In this document: in pieces, positions 26,801 to 38,698 of the stretch
How the letters are laid out: each line of letters begins with the position of its first letter
Numbering within the stretch: position 1 is the first letter of the stretch
Origin: Octopus vulgaris
Lineage: Eukaryota
DNA: 64,000 bases
Assembly: GCA_951406725.2 (NCBI GenBank)
Contig: OX597814.1
Coordinates: 60,946,001-61,010,000 of the forward strand
Direction: 5' to 3'
Notes under the pieces: generated by a model
What the model was told of the DNA's origin: nothing
Databases searched by the model: none
Seen by the model: only the letters and a program-made list of their open reading frames with translations
Translations under genes and position numbers: made by a program

Positions 26801-26973
26801 TCCACACGTCTCCGTTCAAGCAGCTCTACAATCTCTCCAGACCTACCTTTCAATGTGCCAACGTTGAGCGTGCCAACTCTGAGGGTTTGGGAGGTGTGGG
26901 CATCAGAGACCCTGGGACGAGGGACAGCAGTGTCATGTACCTGAAAAGAAAGCTTGCATTTGGCAGATTTCAT
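23855..26973 (-). CDS. RTE LINE ORF: AP endonuclease + reverse transcriptase + PHD-finger insert, with one frameshift near 24450
   Basis: APE motifs: GTLNVGTL, IQEVRW, AGDFNGHVG, IDYIL, QHRLV. RT motifs: KAPGPSG, QFGFVPGKST, FVDMEKAFD, GVHQGSVLSP, LYADD, FRYLG. It has the RTE-type C-terminal RGRGRPRKTW. The 844-aa ORF continues into the downstream ORF after a shift in a G/A run. Confidence 0.93.
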
Positions 26974-27122
26974 ATGGAAACTCTAGACTACAACCTGCAT
27001 ACTTTTCACAATTTTGCGCTATATGTTCAGATAAGCCCTACATAGGTGCTAGTGGGGGAGGGGGTAGTTTCCGGTATTTGGGTAGAAACTTCCGGTATTG
27101 GGGGTGGGAGGGTGGGCGACAA

Positions 27123-27665
27123 AATCGAAGCAACTAGTTTGAATACTATATTTGAGGGGGAAAAATAATTAATTAGATAAATGACTGAATGAAAGCCAGA
27201 GAGAGAATGAAAATAGATAAATAATAAAAAATACGGTAGAGAATGGAAATAGATAAATAATGAAAAAAAAAAAAAAAATACGGTAAGAGACGAGGGGGCA
27301 TATTTCGGAGGAGAATGGGATAAACATCGAAGAATGGCACTGAAGGAAAATAAACTTTAAAAATGCAATGCATGAAGTCGCCATGTTTAGAGAATAGAGG
27401 AACGAAGGGAGAACAGATCAAGCTATCCAAACAAAACGCTTAAAAATATGAAAAGAGCAGGATGAGATTGACTTAGCTGGCCATTTTTGGAAGTCTGTGT
27501 TTTCTCTGAAGGTGTAGCGAGTGAATAGGGATCAGATACGATCGCTCGCTGGCTTTTATAAGGGTATTAGGGAGGGGGACGGAAACACATTGGGAGGGGG
27601 ACGGAAACACGAGAGAGAAGAAAGAGAGAAGAGAGAGAGAGAGAAACAATTAAGGAGGGACGGAA

Positions 27666-27695
<30 letters not shown>
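27123..27695 (-). repeat. Tandem ~573-bp monomer, copy 1 (uninterrupted, empty Tx1 target at 27514-27530)
   Basis: The unit starting aatcgaagcaactagtttgaatac recurs at 27696 and 38801. It contains (GA)n, repeated gacggaaac motifs and TATAAAAG on the minus strand. Confidence 0.9.
27554..27560 (-). promoter_or_regulatory. TATA box of the monomer (second copy at 38739-38745)
   Basis: It is a consensus TATAAAAG with a CT-rich upstream region and a pyrimidine-rich, Inr-like CCCTATTCACT starting 30 nt downstream. It is conserved in both monomers. Confidence 0.6.
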
Positions 27696-27696
<1 letters not shown>

Positions 27697-28144
27697 ATCG
27701 AAGCAACTAGTTTGAATACTATATTTGAGGGGGAAAAATAATTAATTAGATAAATGACTGAATGAAAGCCAGAGAGAGAATGAAAATAGATAAATAATAA
27801 AAAATACGGTAGAGAATGGAAATAGATAAATAATGAAAAAAATACGGTAGAGAATGAAAATAGATAAATAATGAAAAAAAAAAAAAAAAAATACGGTAAG
27901 AGACGAGGGGGCATATTTTCGGAGGAGAATGGGATAAACATCGAAGAATGGCACTGAAGGAAAATAAACTTTAAAAATGCAATGCATGAAGTCGCCATGT
28001 TTAGAGAATAGAGGAACGAAGGGAGAACAGATCAAGCTATCCAAACAAAACGCTTAAAAATATGAAAAGAGCAGGATGAGATTGACTTAGCTGGCCATTT
28101 TTGGAAGTCTGTGTTTTCTCTGAAGGTGTAGCGAGTGAATAGGG
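27696..28144 (-). repeat. Monomer copy 2, downstream part (interrupted by the Tx1 elements, resumes at 38699)
   Basis: It is nearly identical to 27123-27530, with one extra internal ~38-bp subrepeat, and ends at the target GTAGCGAGTGAATAGGG (28128-28144). Confidence 0.9.
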
Positions 28145-28351
28145 TATTTCTTTATTATGATTATAAAAATCGATTACACAGAAGGACAAATACAGGACAT
28201 ATATACAAAAAAAACATTTAAGAGATTCGATTAAAAATTTTCATTTACATTGGGATTATTCATTATAACATAAATGTCCTTTACATAACCCGTATAACAA
28301 ACATCAGTACATGAACTTATAATCTCACTGGAGTTTTTACACCCCGGCAAT

Positions 28352-31300
28352 TTATGAGGCCCTGCAGCTTTTATTTCCTCTCCTTCCTCCATGGTCAAGC
28401 TGGGTTTCTGACACCCACCTTTTTTCCACTTCCTTCCATCTTTTCTCATACACACCCCGCGGTAAGATCCTCTTTTCCAGCCCCATTTTGCTCTTCAGAT
28501 GATATCTGAAGTAAGTGAGCAAGCCGGGGCCGGAGACAAAGGATCCTATCGCGGCTCCTTCCATTCTCGTTCTCCACATACATTCTTTTACTACTGCAAC
28601 CGTGCAGTGGAAACATGCCTCACCTTCCTTCGAGAGTCCAGTTGGCGGTATCATCTTAATCATAGACTCAGCCGACAGCTGTACTCGTCCCAGATGCGAT
28701 AACACGTGTTCTGCGTAACTTATCAAGTCGGACAACTTCCGACAGTGAACAAAAGCGTGCTGGACGGTTTCATCGTCCAACTCGCACCTTGGACACGTCG
28801 GTGGCACTGAAACTCCGTGCCGCGATAACTTCTCGCGAACAGGTAAAGCATTCCTATAGCACTGCCAGGCCAGGGATCTTTGGAAATTATCCAAATACCC
28901 CGACCTGAAAGTTTTTTTAAACAGGTTGGTAAGCTGGTCTTCGTCAAACCCCAGAGCCCCTCCTAGGACGTCGTCGTTTTTTAACTCTACCAGCTTTCTA
29001 TAAAATACCGAGGTGGTATTTCCGCAGCCGGCCTTGCCCGCCTTGTGGATCAGCGTGAGTGCCTGTCGGCACTCCTTTTGCCATGGAGTCAGTTTCCATC
29101 TTTTGATGTAACCGGGTTTAAAATTCACTAAGGAGGCCGGTCTCGGGAAAAATCCCCCTGCCAGCGGACTCCACACCTTATCACCCTCCAGGTGGTGCCA
29201 GAGATGCCTTAGCCTCAACGCATGTCTGCGCATCATCAACCAAGGCATTCCTAACCCACCCTTTAACGGTTCCTGGCAGCAAACGGAGCGCCTCACAAGT
29301 GGCCTTCCTCCTTTCCACAAAAAGCGGAAAAGGATTCGCTCCAACTTGTTAAGCCATGAATCGGGGCAGGGGACAACGGTCAGGTGGTAGGTGATTACAG
29401 ATGCAATGAACATCTGCACCACCTCCGCCTTTCCTTTCAAGGACAGAAACCTTCCGGACCAGGTCCGTACTATGGCTTCCACCTTGCTTGTCACCTCACT
29501 CCAGTTCTTCTCCGTTTGGGAGTCTGGCCCAAACCAAACTCCCAGCAACTTAACAGGGCCATCCGTCCAGTGTCCCACGACACTGGACGATATCGACTTG
29601 CTCCTCCAGGTGCCGAGGCGCAAGCCAACCGATTTGTCCTTGTTAACCTTTGCTCCTGCCACCGCCTCGTATCCTCTGATAGCCTCCTCTACACAAGGTA
29701 GTTGGGCCTCTTTGGACACGATGAGGGTGACGTCATCCGCATAAGCAGTAACCGTCCTCCCACCTCCGATTTCATCCGAGTTACTCCCCAGCCTCTCCAA
29801 CCTTCGCAGCAATGGCTCAAGAGCCAATACGTACAAAAGTGGTGACAAGGGGCACCCCTGACGCACTGAACACTCGATCGAAAACGGTTCCGTTAGGTAA
29901 CCGTTTATCTGGACGGTGGACTTGATGCCGCTATACATAGCGGAGATCCACCCGCGAAATTCAGGGCCCAGCCCAGCCGCTTCGAGGACCGTCGCCAGGT
30001 ACCCATGGTCTACCCTATCGAAGGCTTTACTTTGGTCTAAATGGACCATTACCCCGCCTTTGCCGGCTAATTTACCCACCCTATCTAAGGTGTAGCGTAT
30101 AAGGTGAAGGTTGTCCTGGATCGACCTGCCTGGAATTGCACATGTCTGTGCTCTCCCTACAAGTTTCTCCACGACAACCGTCAACCTTTTTGCCAACACC
30201 TTGGCCAAAATCTTTAACTCTACATTAAGTAGAGTTATGGGCCTGTAGTTACTGATGTTATCCCCCTTGCTCGGGTCTTTCTGGATTAGCGTCACCACTC
30301 CCCGGCTTACAGAACTGGGAATTCTCCCATTCTGCTGCCAGTTCGTGTAGACGCCCGCCAGTATTTCCCCGAACAAGTCCGGCATACTTTGGTAAAACTC
30401 GTAGGGCAGACCATCCAACCCCGGCGACTTCTCCCCGGCGCATCCGGCCAGTATCTCCTTTATCTCCGCGGGAGTGATCGCTCCTTCACAGCACTCCACC
30501 TCACGCCCCGCGGGCCGCGGTCCGCCGGCTAGGAAGTCCTTTAAGGCTCTCCCCCGATCCAGCGGACCACCACCCCCGAACACGCGGGCGAAATGCTGGT
30601 GAAGAAACTTTTGCATCTCCTCCTGTCCATAGATCTTTTGTCCCTGTTCGTCAGTCAAAGATTTGATTGAGGCTCTGTTGCCTCTCTGACTCTCCACACG
30701 ACGGGCCCATCCGGCCACGTTAATACCTTCTCGTTTCCCAGCGCGCAGCTTAGCTCTGACTCTGCAACCTTCGTGTTTGGAGTTAAGGTGACGGTACAAT
30801 ACCGTCCTTGCCGCCAACACTCCGGATGCAGAGCCAGCTTCCATTGCCTTGTCTAGATTCTTAACTAAATCGCCCTCTAGACTAGCCCTATCTATCCTTA
30901 GCTGATTGCTAAATCTAACGGACTCTAAACGAATGGCTCTTTTGAGGGCGTGCCACCATCTATTGTTAATGATGGTGCCTCACAATGCCCTCTGAACTAA
31001 CACCTTAATCCGGGTACGGAAGTCTTCACAATTCAAAATAGCCTTGTTCAGCTTCCAGTACCCGGGTCCCTGTCTATGACACTTGTCTAATTGCATCTCA
31101 CACGTCACAAATTTGTGATCCGAGTAAGGTACAATATGAAATTGTGGACAACTAAACGTATCCTTATCTCTTTTCTTAATAATTATCCTATCTAGATACG
31201 ATCTGTGTGAGCCGTCGTTGTTACTCCACGTCCACTGTGGAACGCTCGGCTCATCCAGTCGGTAACGGTCCACTAGATCAAAGCTCTCTAGTAGACCCTT

Positions 31301-31784
31301 GAGGCTAGGGTTCCCCTTCTTATTGGTTGAGCCAACATTGTCGATGTGCGCTTCAAGGACAGTGTTAAAGTCCCCTACTAGGATTACTGTTTTCGACGTC
31401 GCTAAAAAGGGGCTCCAGGTTCCGAAAAAGACCAGTGTGTCTACCCTCGTTCGGGGCGTAGACAGCTACCAACCTGAAGGACTGTTTACTTACGTGAGTC
31501 ACATCCAGGACAACCAGCCTGCCTTCTGGGTCCAGAAAGACAGTACTTACCTGCAAGTCCAAGCTCTTCCTGATGAAGACTGCCACGCCTCTGCCTCCTC
31601 CTCGGCTAGGAGAAATAAATTTCTCGAAACCATTTAGAAGAGGCAAGAACGCTTGGGTCTCGCTCATCTTGGACTCGGTTGCAATAGCAATATCTACACC
31701 ATGTGTCGTGAGGTCGTTCAGGAAACAAATTTGTTTCCGTTTCGACCCCATTCCACGTACATTTATACAACCCAGCTTAGCCAT
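28352..31784 (-). pseudogene. Tx1 ORF2 copy A (APE endonuclease, RT, C-terminal CCHC), interrupted by a +1 frameshift near 31410 and a TGA at 30980
   Basis: APE motifs: GCINVRG, ATES, VYAPN, GDFN, YLDRI, SDH. RT motifs: GYWKLN, KSPGLDGLP, LDQSKAFDRVDH, VRQGCPLSPLLY, AYADD. Zinc motif: CPRC-x8-H-x4-C. Confidence 0.9.
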
Positions 31785-31812
31785 TGTAGGTTAGAGAGAA
31801 AAATAAATGTAC

Positions 31813-33231
31813 TTACGGTTGGGAAAGGGAGCATGACAGTTTAAATCTGCCTGCTTCCCCTTCTTCCGCTGCTGCAGGGCTCTTGACCGGCGTTGCCACT
31901 GGGCTCTGGGTGGGTGTGGTTGCCGGGGTTATTATCAGTTTGCCCTCCATTACCTCTTTGGTTACGTCTCTTATCAGTCGGCTCCTCAGATGCTCCTGAA
32001 GAACCTCCTCTCTCCACTCGTCCTCCCCCACCTTCGCGAAGCGAGCGGTCGCCTTCACGTCTGTGGCTCTACTAAACAATGCAAATCTTGAGAATTTGCA
32101 ACAATTGTACACTCTTTCGTTGTTCTCGTCGAAAGCTATGATCCTCTCGTTCTTCTGTAAACACTTTTTTATGTCTTGTTTTATGGGGAGGGGCTTGGCA
32201 AACTGTTTTCCAATGAAAACAGTGCCATGGGGGTAGGGTTGGGGGATTTGCTTGGTGTGTGTGTCTGCTGTGTTTGCTGTTTTTTTCTTTGTTTGGGGAG
32301 GGGAGTCCTGGGTATTATCCTTTTTTCTTTTATGAGTGACTTGTGTGTAGTCCATTGGTTCTGTATGGTCCGTTTTTGTTTCCGTATTCGTCTTTTTGTT
32401 GTCTTTTCCTGTTTTCTCCCCTTCAGTGTTGGGGACACTTTGGGGAGGCGCTTCTTCTGTTCTCTTCTTTTTTATACAATTTGATCGGACGTGACCCTTC
32501 TCTCCACACTTGAAGCATCTGGGTCTACGTCCCTCTACCGAAACTCTCATGGACGTACCGTCCTCATTGAAGATTCTATCTGGCAGGTTTTCAAGGATTT
32601 TGTTCTCCGCCTGCACGAGGAGTTCTAGGGTCTGACCCTTCCACCGCACCACCTCTTTCCTTCTCATCTGCAGTATCGATATTTCTCGTTCAATGTTGTG
32701 CAGGACCGCCGCTGCTACCCACATGATGTCGTACCCTCTGGGTATGTCTTCTACCAGTAACTTCGCTGTACACTTCCCCATGTACGAGGGTAGCAGCATG
32801 ATGTCGTCGTTTTTTAGGGTCAACGACGACACCTCTCTCGCTACCTCGGCTGTGTCGAAATGTGCCTCGACTGTAGCACTGTGTGCACCTCTAACGACAT
32901 GACGAATTTTGTCCCACACCGGGGACAGGCACTTTTCTACCATTTCATTCTTTACATCCATTATCTTCTTTTCTTTAAAGCTGTATACCTTGTAGATAAC
33001 TATTCTTTCTTTAATTTCTTGTACCTTTGCCTGCGGCGGTACAAGCCTTATCTCGCCTCCTTCCACTTTTACTAGGTTCCTGAATTCATACAATTGTTCG
33101 ATTTTAAACTCGACATCCATCATGGCGCCGCCCACCGCGGCCGAGAATGACTGTTTGGGTACTTCCTTTTCCATATTTTCACTTTTTCCCATCACGGGAA
33201 AATCCTTCTTCGACGTCAAGTCGAAATCCAT
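31813..33231 (-). CDS. Tx1 ORF1 copy A (gag-like nucleic-acid-binding protein, ~472 aa from the first ATG)
   Basis: The ORF is intact from MDFDLTSKK and contains the zinc knuckle CFKCGEKGHVRSNC and a basic, low-complexity C-terminal half. Confidence 0.88.
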   Translation of the reverse strand: MDFDLTSKKDFPVMGKSENMEKEVPKQSFSAAVGGAMMDVEFKIEQLYEFRNLVKVEGGEIRLVPPQAKVQEIKERIVIYKVYSFKEKKIMDVKNEMVEKCLSPVWDKIRHVVRGAHSATVEAHFDTAEVAREVSSLTLKNDDIMLLPSYMGKCTAKLLVEDIPRGYDIMWVAAAVLHNIEREISILQMRRKEVVRWKGQTLELLVQAENKILENLPDRIFNEDGTSMRVSVEGRRPRCFKCGEKGHVRSNCIKKKRTEEAPPQSVPNTEGEKTGKDNKKTNTETKTDHTEPMDYTQVTHKRKKDNTQDSPPQTKKKTANTADTHTKQIPQPYPHGTVFIGKQFAKPLPIKQDIKKCLQKNERIIAFDENNERVYNCCKFSRFALFSRATDVKATARFAKVGEDEWREEVLQEHLRSRLIRDVTKEVMEGKLIITPATTPTQSPVATPVKSPAAAEEGEAGRFKLSCSLSQP

Positions 33232-33516
33232 TACCTCGAAGGTAATAAAAACGCAGGTAATACAAAATTTTCTGCCCCGTAGGGCGAAAATTACCGTTAT
33301 ACAACGGGCACTGTTCAAAACAGTTAGCACAAACAATAATAGTACAAATCCGAACTCTCTTAAATGAAGGCAGCAATTTTCTCACAACGCAGATGAACAG
33401 TAACTCGAGAACAGTAGCGAGTGAATAGGGTATTTCTTTATTATGATTATAAAAATCGATTACACAGAAGGACAAATACAGGACATATATACAAAAAAAA
33501 CATTTAAGAGATTCGA

Positions 33517-36500
33517 TTAAAAATTTTCATTTACATTGGGATTATTCATTATAACATAAATGTCCTTTACATAACCCGTATAACAAACATCAGTACATGA
33601 ACTTATAATCTCACTGGAGTTTTTACACCCCGGCAATTTATGAGGCCCTGCAGCTTTTATTTCCTCTCCTTCCTCCATGGTCAAGCTGGGTTTCTGACAC
33701 CCACCTTTTTTTCCACTTCCTTCCATCTTTTTCTCATACACACCCCGCGGTAAGATCCTCTTTTCCAGCCCCATTTTGCTCTTCAGATGATATCTGAAGT
33801 AAGTGAGCAAGCCGGGGCCGGAGACAAAGGATCCTATCGCGGCTCCTTCCATTCTCGTTCTCCACATACATTCTTTTACTACTGCAACCGTGCAGTGGAA
33901 ACATGCCTCACCTTCCTTCGAGAGTCCAGTTGGCGGTATCATCTTACTCATAGACTCAGCCGACAGCTGTACTCGTCCCAGATGCGATAACACGTGTTCT
34001 GCGTAACTTATCAAGTCGGACAACTTCCGACAGTGAACAAAAGCGTGCTGGACGGTTTCATCGTCCAACTCGCACCTTGGACACGTCGGTGGCACTGAAA
34101 CTCCGTGCCGCGATAACTTCTCGCGAACAGGTAAAGCATTCCTATAGCACTGCCAGGCCAGGGATCTTTGGAAATTATCCAAATACCCCGACCTGAAAGT
34201 TTTTTTAAACAGGTTGGCAAGCTGGTCTTCGTCAAACCCCAGAGCCCCTCCTAGGACGTCGTCGTTTTTTAACTCTACCAGCTTTCTATAAAATACCGAG
34301 GTGGTATTTCCGCAGCCGGCCTTGCCCGCCTTGTGGATCAGCGTGAGTGCCTGTCGGCACTCCTTTTGCCATGGAGTCAGTTTCCATCTTTTGATGTAAC
34401 CGGGTTTAAAATTCACTAAGGAGGCCGGTCTCGGGAAAAATCCCCCTGCCAGCGGACTCCACACCTTATCACCCTCCAGGTGGTGCCAGAGATGCCTTAG
34501 CCTCAACGCATGTCTGCGCATCATCAACCAAGGCATTCCTAACCCACCCTTTAACGGTTCCTGGCAGCAAACGGAGCGCCTCACAAGTGGCCTTCCTCCT
34601 TTCCACAAAAAGCGGAAAAGGATTCGCTCCAACTTGTTAAGCCATGAATCGGGGCAGGGGACAACGGTCAGGTGGTAGGTGATTACAGATGCAATGAACA
34701 TCTGCACCACCTCCGCCTTTCCTTTCAAGGACAGAAACCTTCCGGACCAGGTCCGTACTATGGCTTCCACCTTGCTTGTCACCTCACTCCAGTTCTTCTC
34801 CGTTTGGGAGTCTGGCCCAAACCAAACTCCCAGCAACTTAACAGGGCCATCCGTCCAGTGTCCCACGACACTGGACGATATCGACTTGCTCCTCCAGGTG
34901 CCGAGGCACAAGCCAACCGATTTGTCCTTGTTAACCTTTGCTCCTGCCACCGCCTCGTATCCTCTGATAGCCTCCTCTACACAAGGTAGTTGGGCCTCTT
35001 TGGACACGATGAGGGTGACGTCATCCGCATAAGCAGTAACCGTCCTCCCACCTCCGATTTCATCCGAGTTACTCCCCAGCCTCTCCAACCTTCGCAGCAA
35101 TGGCTCAAGAGCCAATACGTACAAAAGTGGTGACAAGGGGCACCCCTGACGCACTGAACACTCGATCGAAAACGGTTCCGTTAGGTAACCATTTATCTGG
35201 ACGGTGGACTTGATGCCGCTATACATAGCGGAGATCCACCCGCGAAATTCAGGGCCCAGCCCAGCCGCTTCGAGGACCGTCGCCAGGTACCCATGGTCTA
35301 CCCTATCGAAGGCTTTACTTTGGTCTAAATGGACCATTACCCCGCCTTTGCCGGCTAATTTACCCACCCTATCTAAGGTGTAGCGTATAAGGTGAAGGTT
35401 GTCCTGGATCGACCTGCCTGGAATTGCACATGTCTGTGCTCTCCCTACAAGTTTCTCCACGACAACCGTCAACCTTTTTGCCAACACCTTGGCCAAAATC
35501 TTTAACTCTACATTAAGTAGAGTTATGGGCCAGTAGTTACTGATGTTATCCCCCTTGCTCGGGTCTTTCTGGATTAGCGTCACCACTCCCCGGCTTACAG
35601 AACTGGGAATTCTCCCATTCTGCTGCCAGTTCGTGTAGACGCCCGCCAGTATTCCCCCGAACAAGTCCGGCATACTTTGGTAAAACTCGTAGGGCAGACC
35701 ATCCAACCCCGGCGACTTCTCCCCGGCGCATCCGGCCAGTATCTCCTTTATCTCCGCGGGAGTGATCGCTCCTTCACAGCACTCCACCTCACGCCCCGCG
35801 AGCCGCGGTCCGCCGGCTAGGAAGTCCTTTAAGGCTCTCCCCCAATCCAGCGGACCACCACCCCCGAACACGCGGGCGAAATGCTGGTGAAGAAACTTTT
35901 GCATCTCCTCCTGTCCATAGATCTTTTGTCCCTGTTCGTCAGTCAAAGATTTGATTGAGGCTCTGTTGCCTCTCTGACTCTCCACACGACGGGCCCATCC
36001 GGCCACGTTAATACCTTCTCGTTTCCCAGCGCGCAGCTTAGCTCTGACTCTGCAACCTTCGTGTTTGGAGTTAAGGTGACGGTACAATACCGTCCTTGCC
36101 GCCAACACTCCGGATGCAGAGCCAGCTTCCATTGCCTCGTCTAGATTCTTAACTAAATCGCCCTCTAGACTAGCCCTATCTATCCTTAGCTGATTGCTAA
36201 ATCTAACGGACTCTAAACGAATGGCTCTTTTGAGGGCGTGCCACCATCTATTGTTAATGATGGTGCCACACAATGCCCTCTGAACTAACACCTTAATCCG
36301 GGTACGGAAGTCTTCACAATTCAAAATAGCCTTGTTCAGCTTCCAGTACCCGGGTCCCTGTCTATGACACTTGTCTAATTGCATCTCACACGTCACAAAT
36401 TTGTGATCCGAGTAAGGTACAATATGAAATTGTGGACAACTAAACGTATCCTTATCTCTTTTCTTAATAAATATCCTATCTAGATACGATCTGTGTGAGC

Positions 36501-37070
36501 CGTCGTTGTTACTCCACGTCCACTGTGGAACGCTCGGCTCATCCAGTCGGTAACGGTCCACTAGATCAAAGCTCTCTAGTAGACCCTTGAGGCTAGGGTT
36601 CCCCTTCCTATTGGTTGAGCCAACATTGTCGATGTGCGCTTCAAGGACAGTGTTAAAGTCCCCTACTAGGATTACTGTTTTCGACGTCGCTAAAAAGGGC
36701 TCCAGGTTCCGAAAAAACCCGTCTGTCTACCCTCGTTCGGGGCGTAGACAGCTACCAACCTGAAGGACTGTTTACTTACGTGAGTCACATCCAGGACAAC
36801 CAGCCTGCCTTCTGGGTCCAGAAAGACAGTACTTACCTGCAAGTCCAAGCTCTTCCTGATGAAGACTGCCACGCCTCTGCCTCCTCCTCGGCTAGGAGAA
36901 ATAAATTTCTCGAAACCATTTAGAAGAGGCGAGAACGCTTGGGTCTCGCTCATCTTGGACTCGGTTGCAATAGCAATATCTACACCATGTGTCGTGAGGT
37001 CGTTCAGGAAACAAATTTGTTTCCGTTTCGACCCCATTCCACGTACATTTATACAACCCAGCTTAGCCAT
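33517..37070 (-). CDS. Tx1 ORF2 copy B (APE-RT-CCHC), with homopolymer frameshifts near 36715 and near the C-terminus (~33710-33730)
   Basis: It comprises a 126-aa N-terminal piece and a 1014-aa open frame with the same motifs as copy A, and it lacks the nonsense codon. Confidence 0.88.
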
Positions 37071-37098
37071 TGTAGGTTAGAGAGAAAAATAAATGTAC

Positions 37099-38516
37099 TT
37101 ACGGTTGGGAAAGGGAGCATGACAGTTTAAATCTGCCTGCTTCCCCTTCTTCCGCTGCTGCAGGGCTCTTGACCGGCGTTGCCACTGGGCTCTGGGTGGG
37201 TGTGGTTGCCGGGGTTATTATCAGTTTGCCCTCCATTACCTCTTTGGTTACGTCTCTTATCAGTCGGCTCCTCAGATGCTCCTGAAGAACCTCCTCTCTC
37301 CACTCGTCCTCCCCCACCTTCGCGAAGCGAGCGGTCGCCTTCACGTCTGTGGCTCTACTAAACAATGCAAATCTTGAGAATTTGCAACAATTGTACACTC
37401 TTTCGTTGTTCTCGTCGAAAGCTATGATCCTCTCGTTCTTCTGTAAACACTTTTTTATGTCTTGTTTTATGGGGAGGGGCTTGGCAAACTGTTTTCCAAT
37501 GAAAACAGTGCCATGGGGGTAGGGTTGGGGGATTTGCTTGGTGTGTGTGTCTGCTGTGTTTGCTGTTTTTTTCTTTGTTTGGGGAGGGGAGTTCTGGGTA
37601 TTATCCTTTTTTCTTTTATGAGTGACTTGTGTGTAGTCCATTGGTTCTGTATGGTCCGTTTTTGTTTCCGTATTCGTCTTTTTGTTGTCTTTTCCTGTTT
37701 TCTCCCCTTCAGTGTTGGGGACACTTTGGGGAGGCGCTTCTTCTGTTCTCTTCTTTTTATACAATTTGATCGGACGTGACCCTTCTCTCCACACTTGAAG
37801 CATCTGGGTCTACGTCCCTCTACCGAAACTCTCATGGACGTACCGTCCTCATTGAAGATTCTATCTGGCAGGTTTTCAAGGATTTTGTTCTCCGCCTGCA
37901 CGAGGAGTTCTAGGGTCTGACCCTTCCACCGCACCACCTCTTTCCTTCTCATCTGCAGTATCGATATTTCTCGTTCAATGTTGTGCAGGACCGCCGCTGC
38001 TACCCACATGATGTCGTACCCTCTGGGTATGTCTTCTACCAGTAACTTCGCTGTACGCTTCCCCATGTACGAGGGTAGCAGCATGATGTCGTCGTTTTTT
38101 AGGGTCAACGACGACACCTCTCTCGCTACCTCGGCTGTGTCGAAATGTGCCTCGACTGTAGCACAGCGTGCACCTCTAACGACATGACGAATTTTGTCCC
38201 ACACCGGGGACAGGCACTTTTCTACCATTTCATTCTTTACATCCATTATCTTCTTTTCTTTAAAGCTGTATACCTTGTAGATAACTATTCTTTCTTTAAT
38301 TTCTTGTACCTTTGCCTGCGGCGGTACAAGCCTTATCTCGCCTCCTTCCACTTTTACTAGGTTCCTGAATTCATACAATTGTTCGATTTTAAACTCGACA
38401 TCCATCATGGCGCCGCCCACCGCGGCCGAGAATGACTGTTTGGGTACTTCCTTTTCCATATTTTCACTTTTTCCCATCACGGGAAAATCCTTCTTCGACG
38501 TCAAGTCGAAATCCAT
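37099..38516 (-). CDS. Tx1 ORF1 copy B, with a 1-bp homopolymer frameshift near 37755
   Basis: It encodes essentially the copy A ORF1 protein, split just after the CCHC knuckle where an A-run is one base shorter. Confidence 0.85.
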
Positions 38517-38698
38517 TACCTCGAAGGTAATAAAAACGCAGGTAATACAAAATTTTCTGCCCCGTAGGGCGAAAATTACCGTTATACAACGGGCACTGTT
38601 CAAAACAGTTAGCACAAACAATAATAGTACAAATCCGAACTCTCTTAAATGAAGGCAGCAATTTTCTCACAACGCAGATGAACAGTAACTCGAGAACA

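Larger units (their letters stand above)
23228..27122 (-). mobile_element. Near-full-length RTE-clade LINE (body, 3' UTR and (GAT)n tail)
   Basis: It has a single APE-RT ORF, a ~630-bp 3' UTR with internal repeats, and a (GAT)n tail abutting (TA)n. It probably extends 5' into the monomer array up to ~38860. Confidence 0.93.
28145..33413 (-). mobile_element. Full-length Tx1-clade (L1 group) non-LTR retrotransposon, copy A (~5.27 kb)
   Basis: It has two ORFs (gag-like CCHC; APE-RT-CCHC) and AATAAA a few nt before the 3' end. It is bounded by 17-bp direct repeats at 28128-28144 and 33414-33430. Confidence 0.93.
33431..38698 (-). mobile_element. Full-length Tx1-clade non-LTR retrotransposon, copy B (~5.27 kb)
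   Basis: It is nearly identical to copy A with scattered substitutions, and is bounded by the same 17-bp repeat at 33414-33430 and 38699-38715. Confidence 0.93.

Noticed and set aside
26974-27122. HDV-like ribozyme in the RTE 5' UTR, as reported for some RTE elements
   Set aside because: I could not build the nested double pseudoknot by eye. It would need a descriptor-based search.
27538-27570. ATCGCTCGCTGGCTTTTATAAG resembles the 5' end of U2 snRNA, the target of Keno-type Tx1 elements
   Set aside because: The similarity is short. The branch-point recognition sequence GTGTAGTATC, the Sm site and the downstream stems of U2 are absent in the expected order.
27123-28144. Monomer as a histone gene, SL RNA, tRNA or 5S unit, or its small ORFs (MATSCIAF..., MDSLICSP...) as proteins
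   Set aside because: There is no histone ORF (the first ATG gives ATG GCC AGC TAA) and no recognisable RNA gene motif. The ORFs differ in frame between copies and run through poly-T.
31776-31816. Mini-intron-like signals between Tx1 ORF1 and ORF2 (CC|GTAAGT, pyrimidine tract, CTAAC, TAAG)
   Set aside because: The intron would be only 41 nt, and splicing to the first AG puts ORF2 out of frame.
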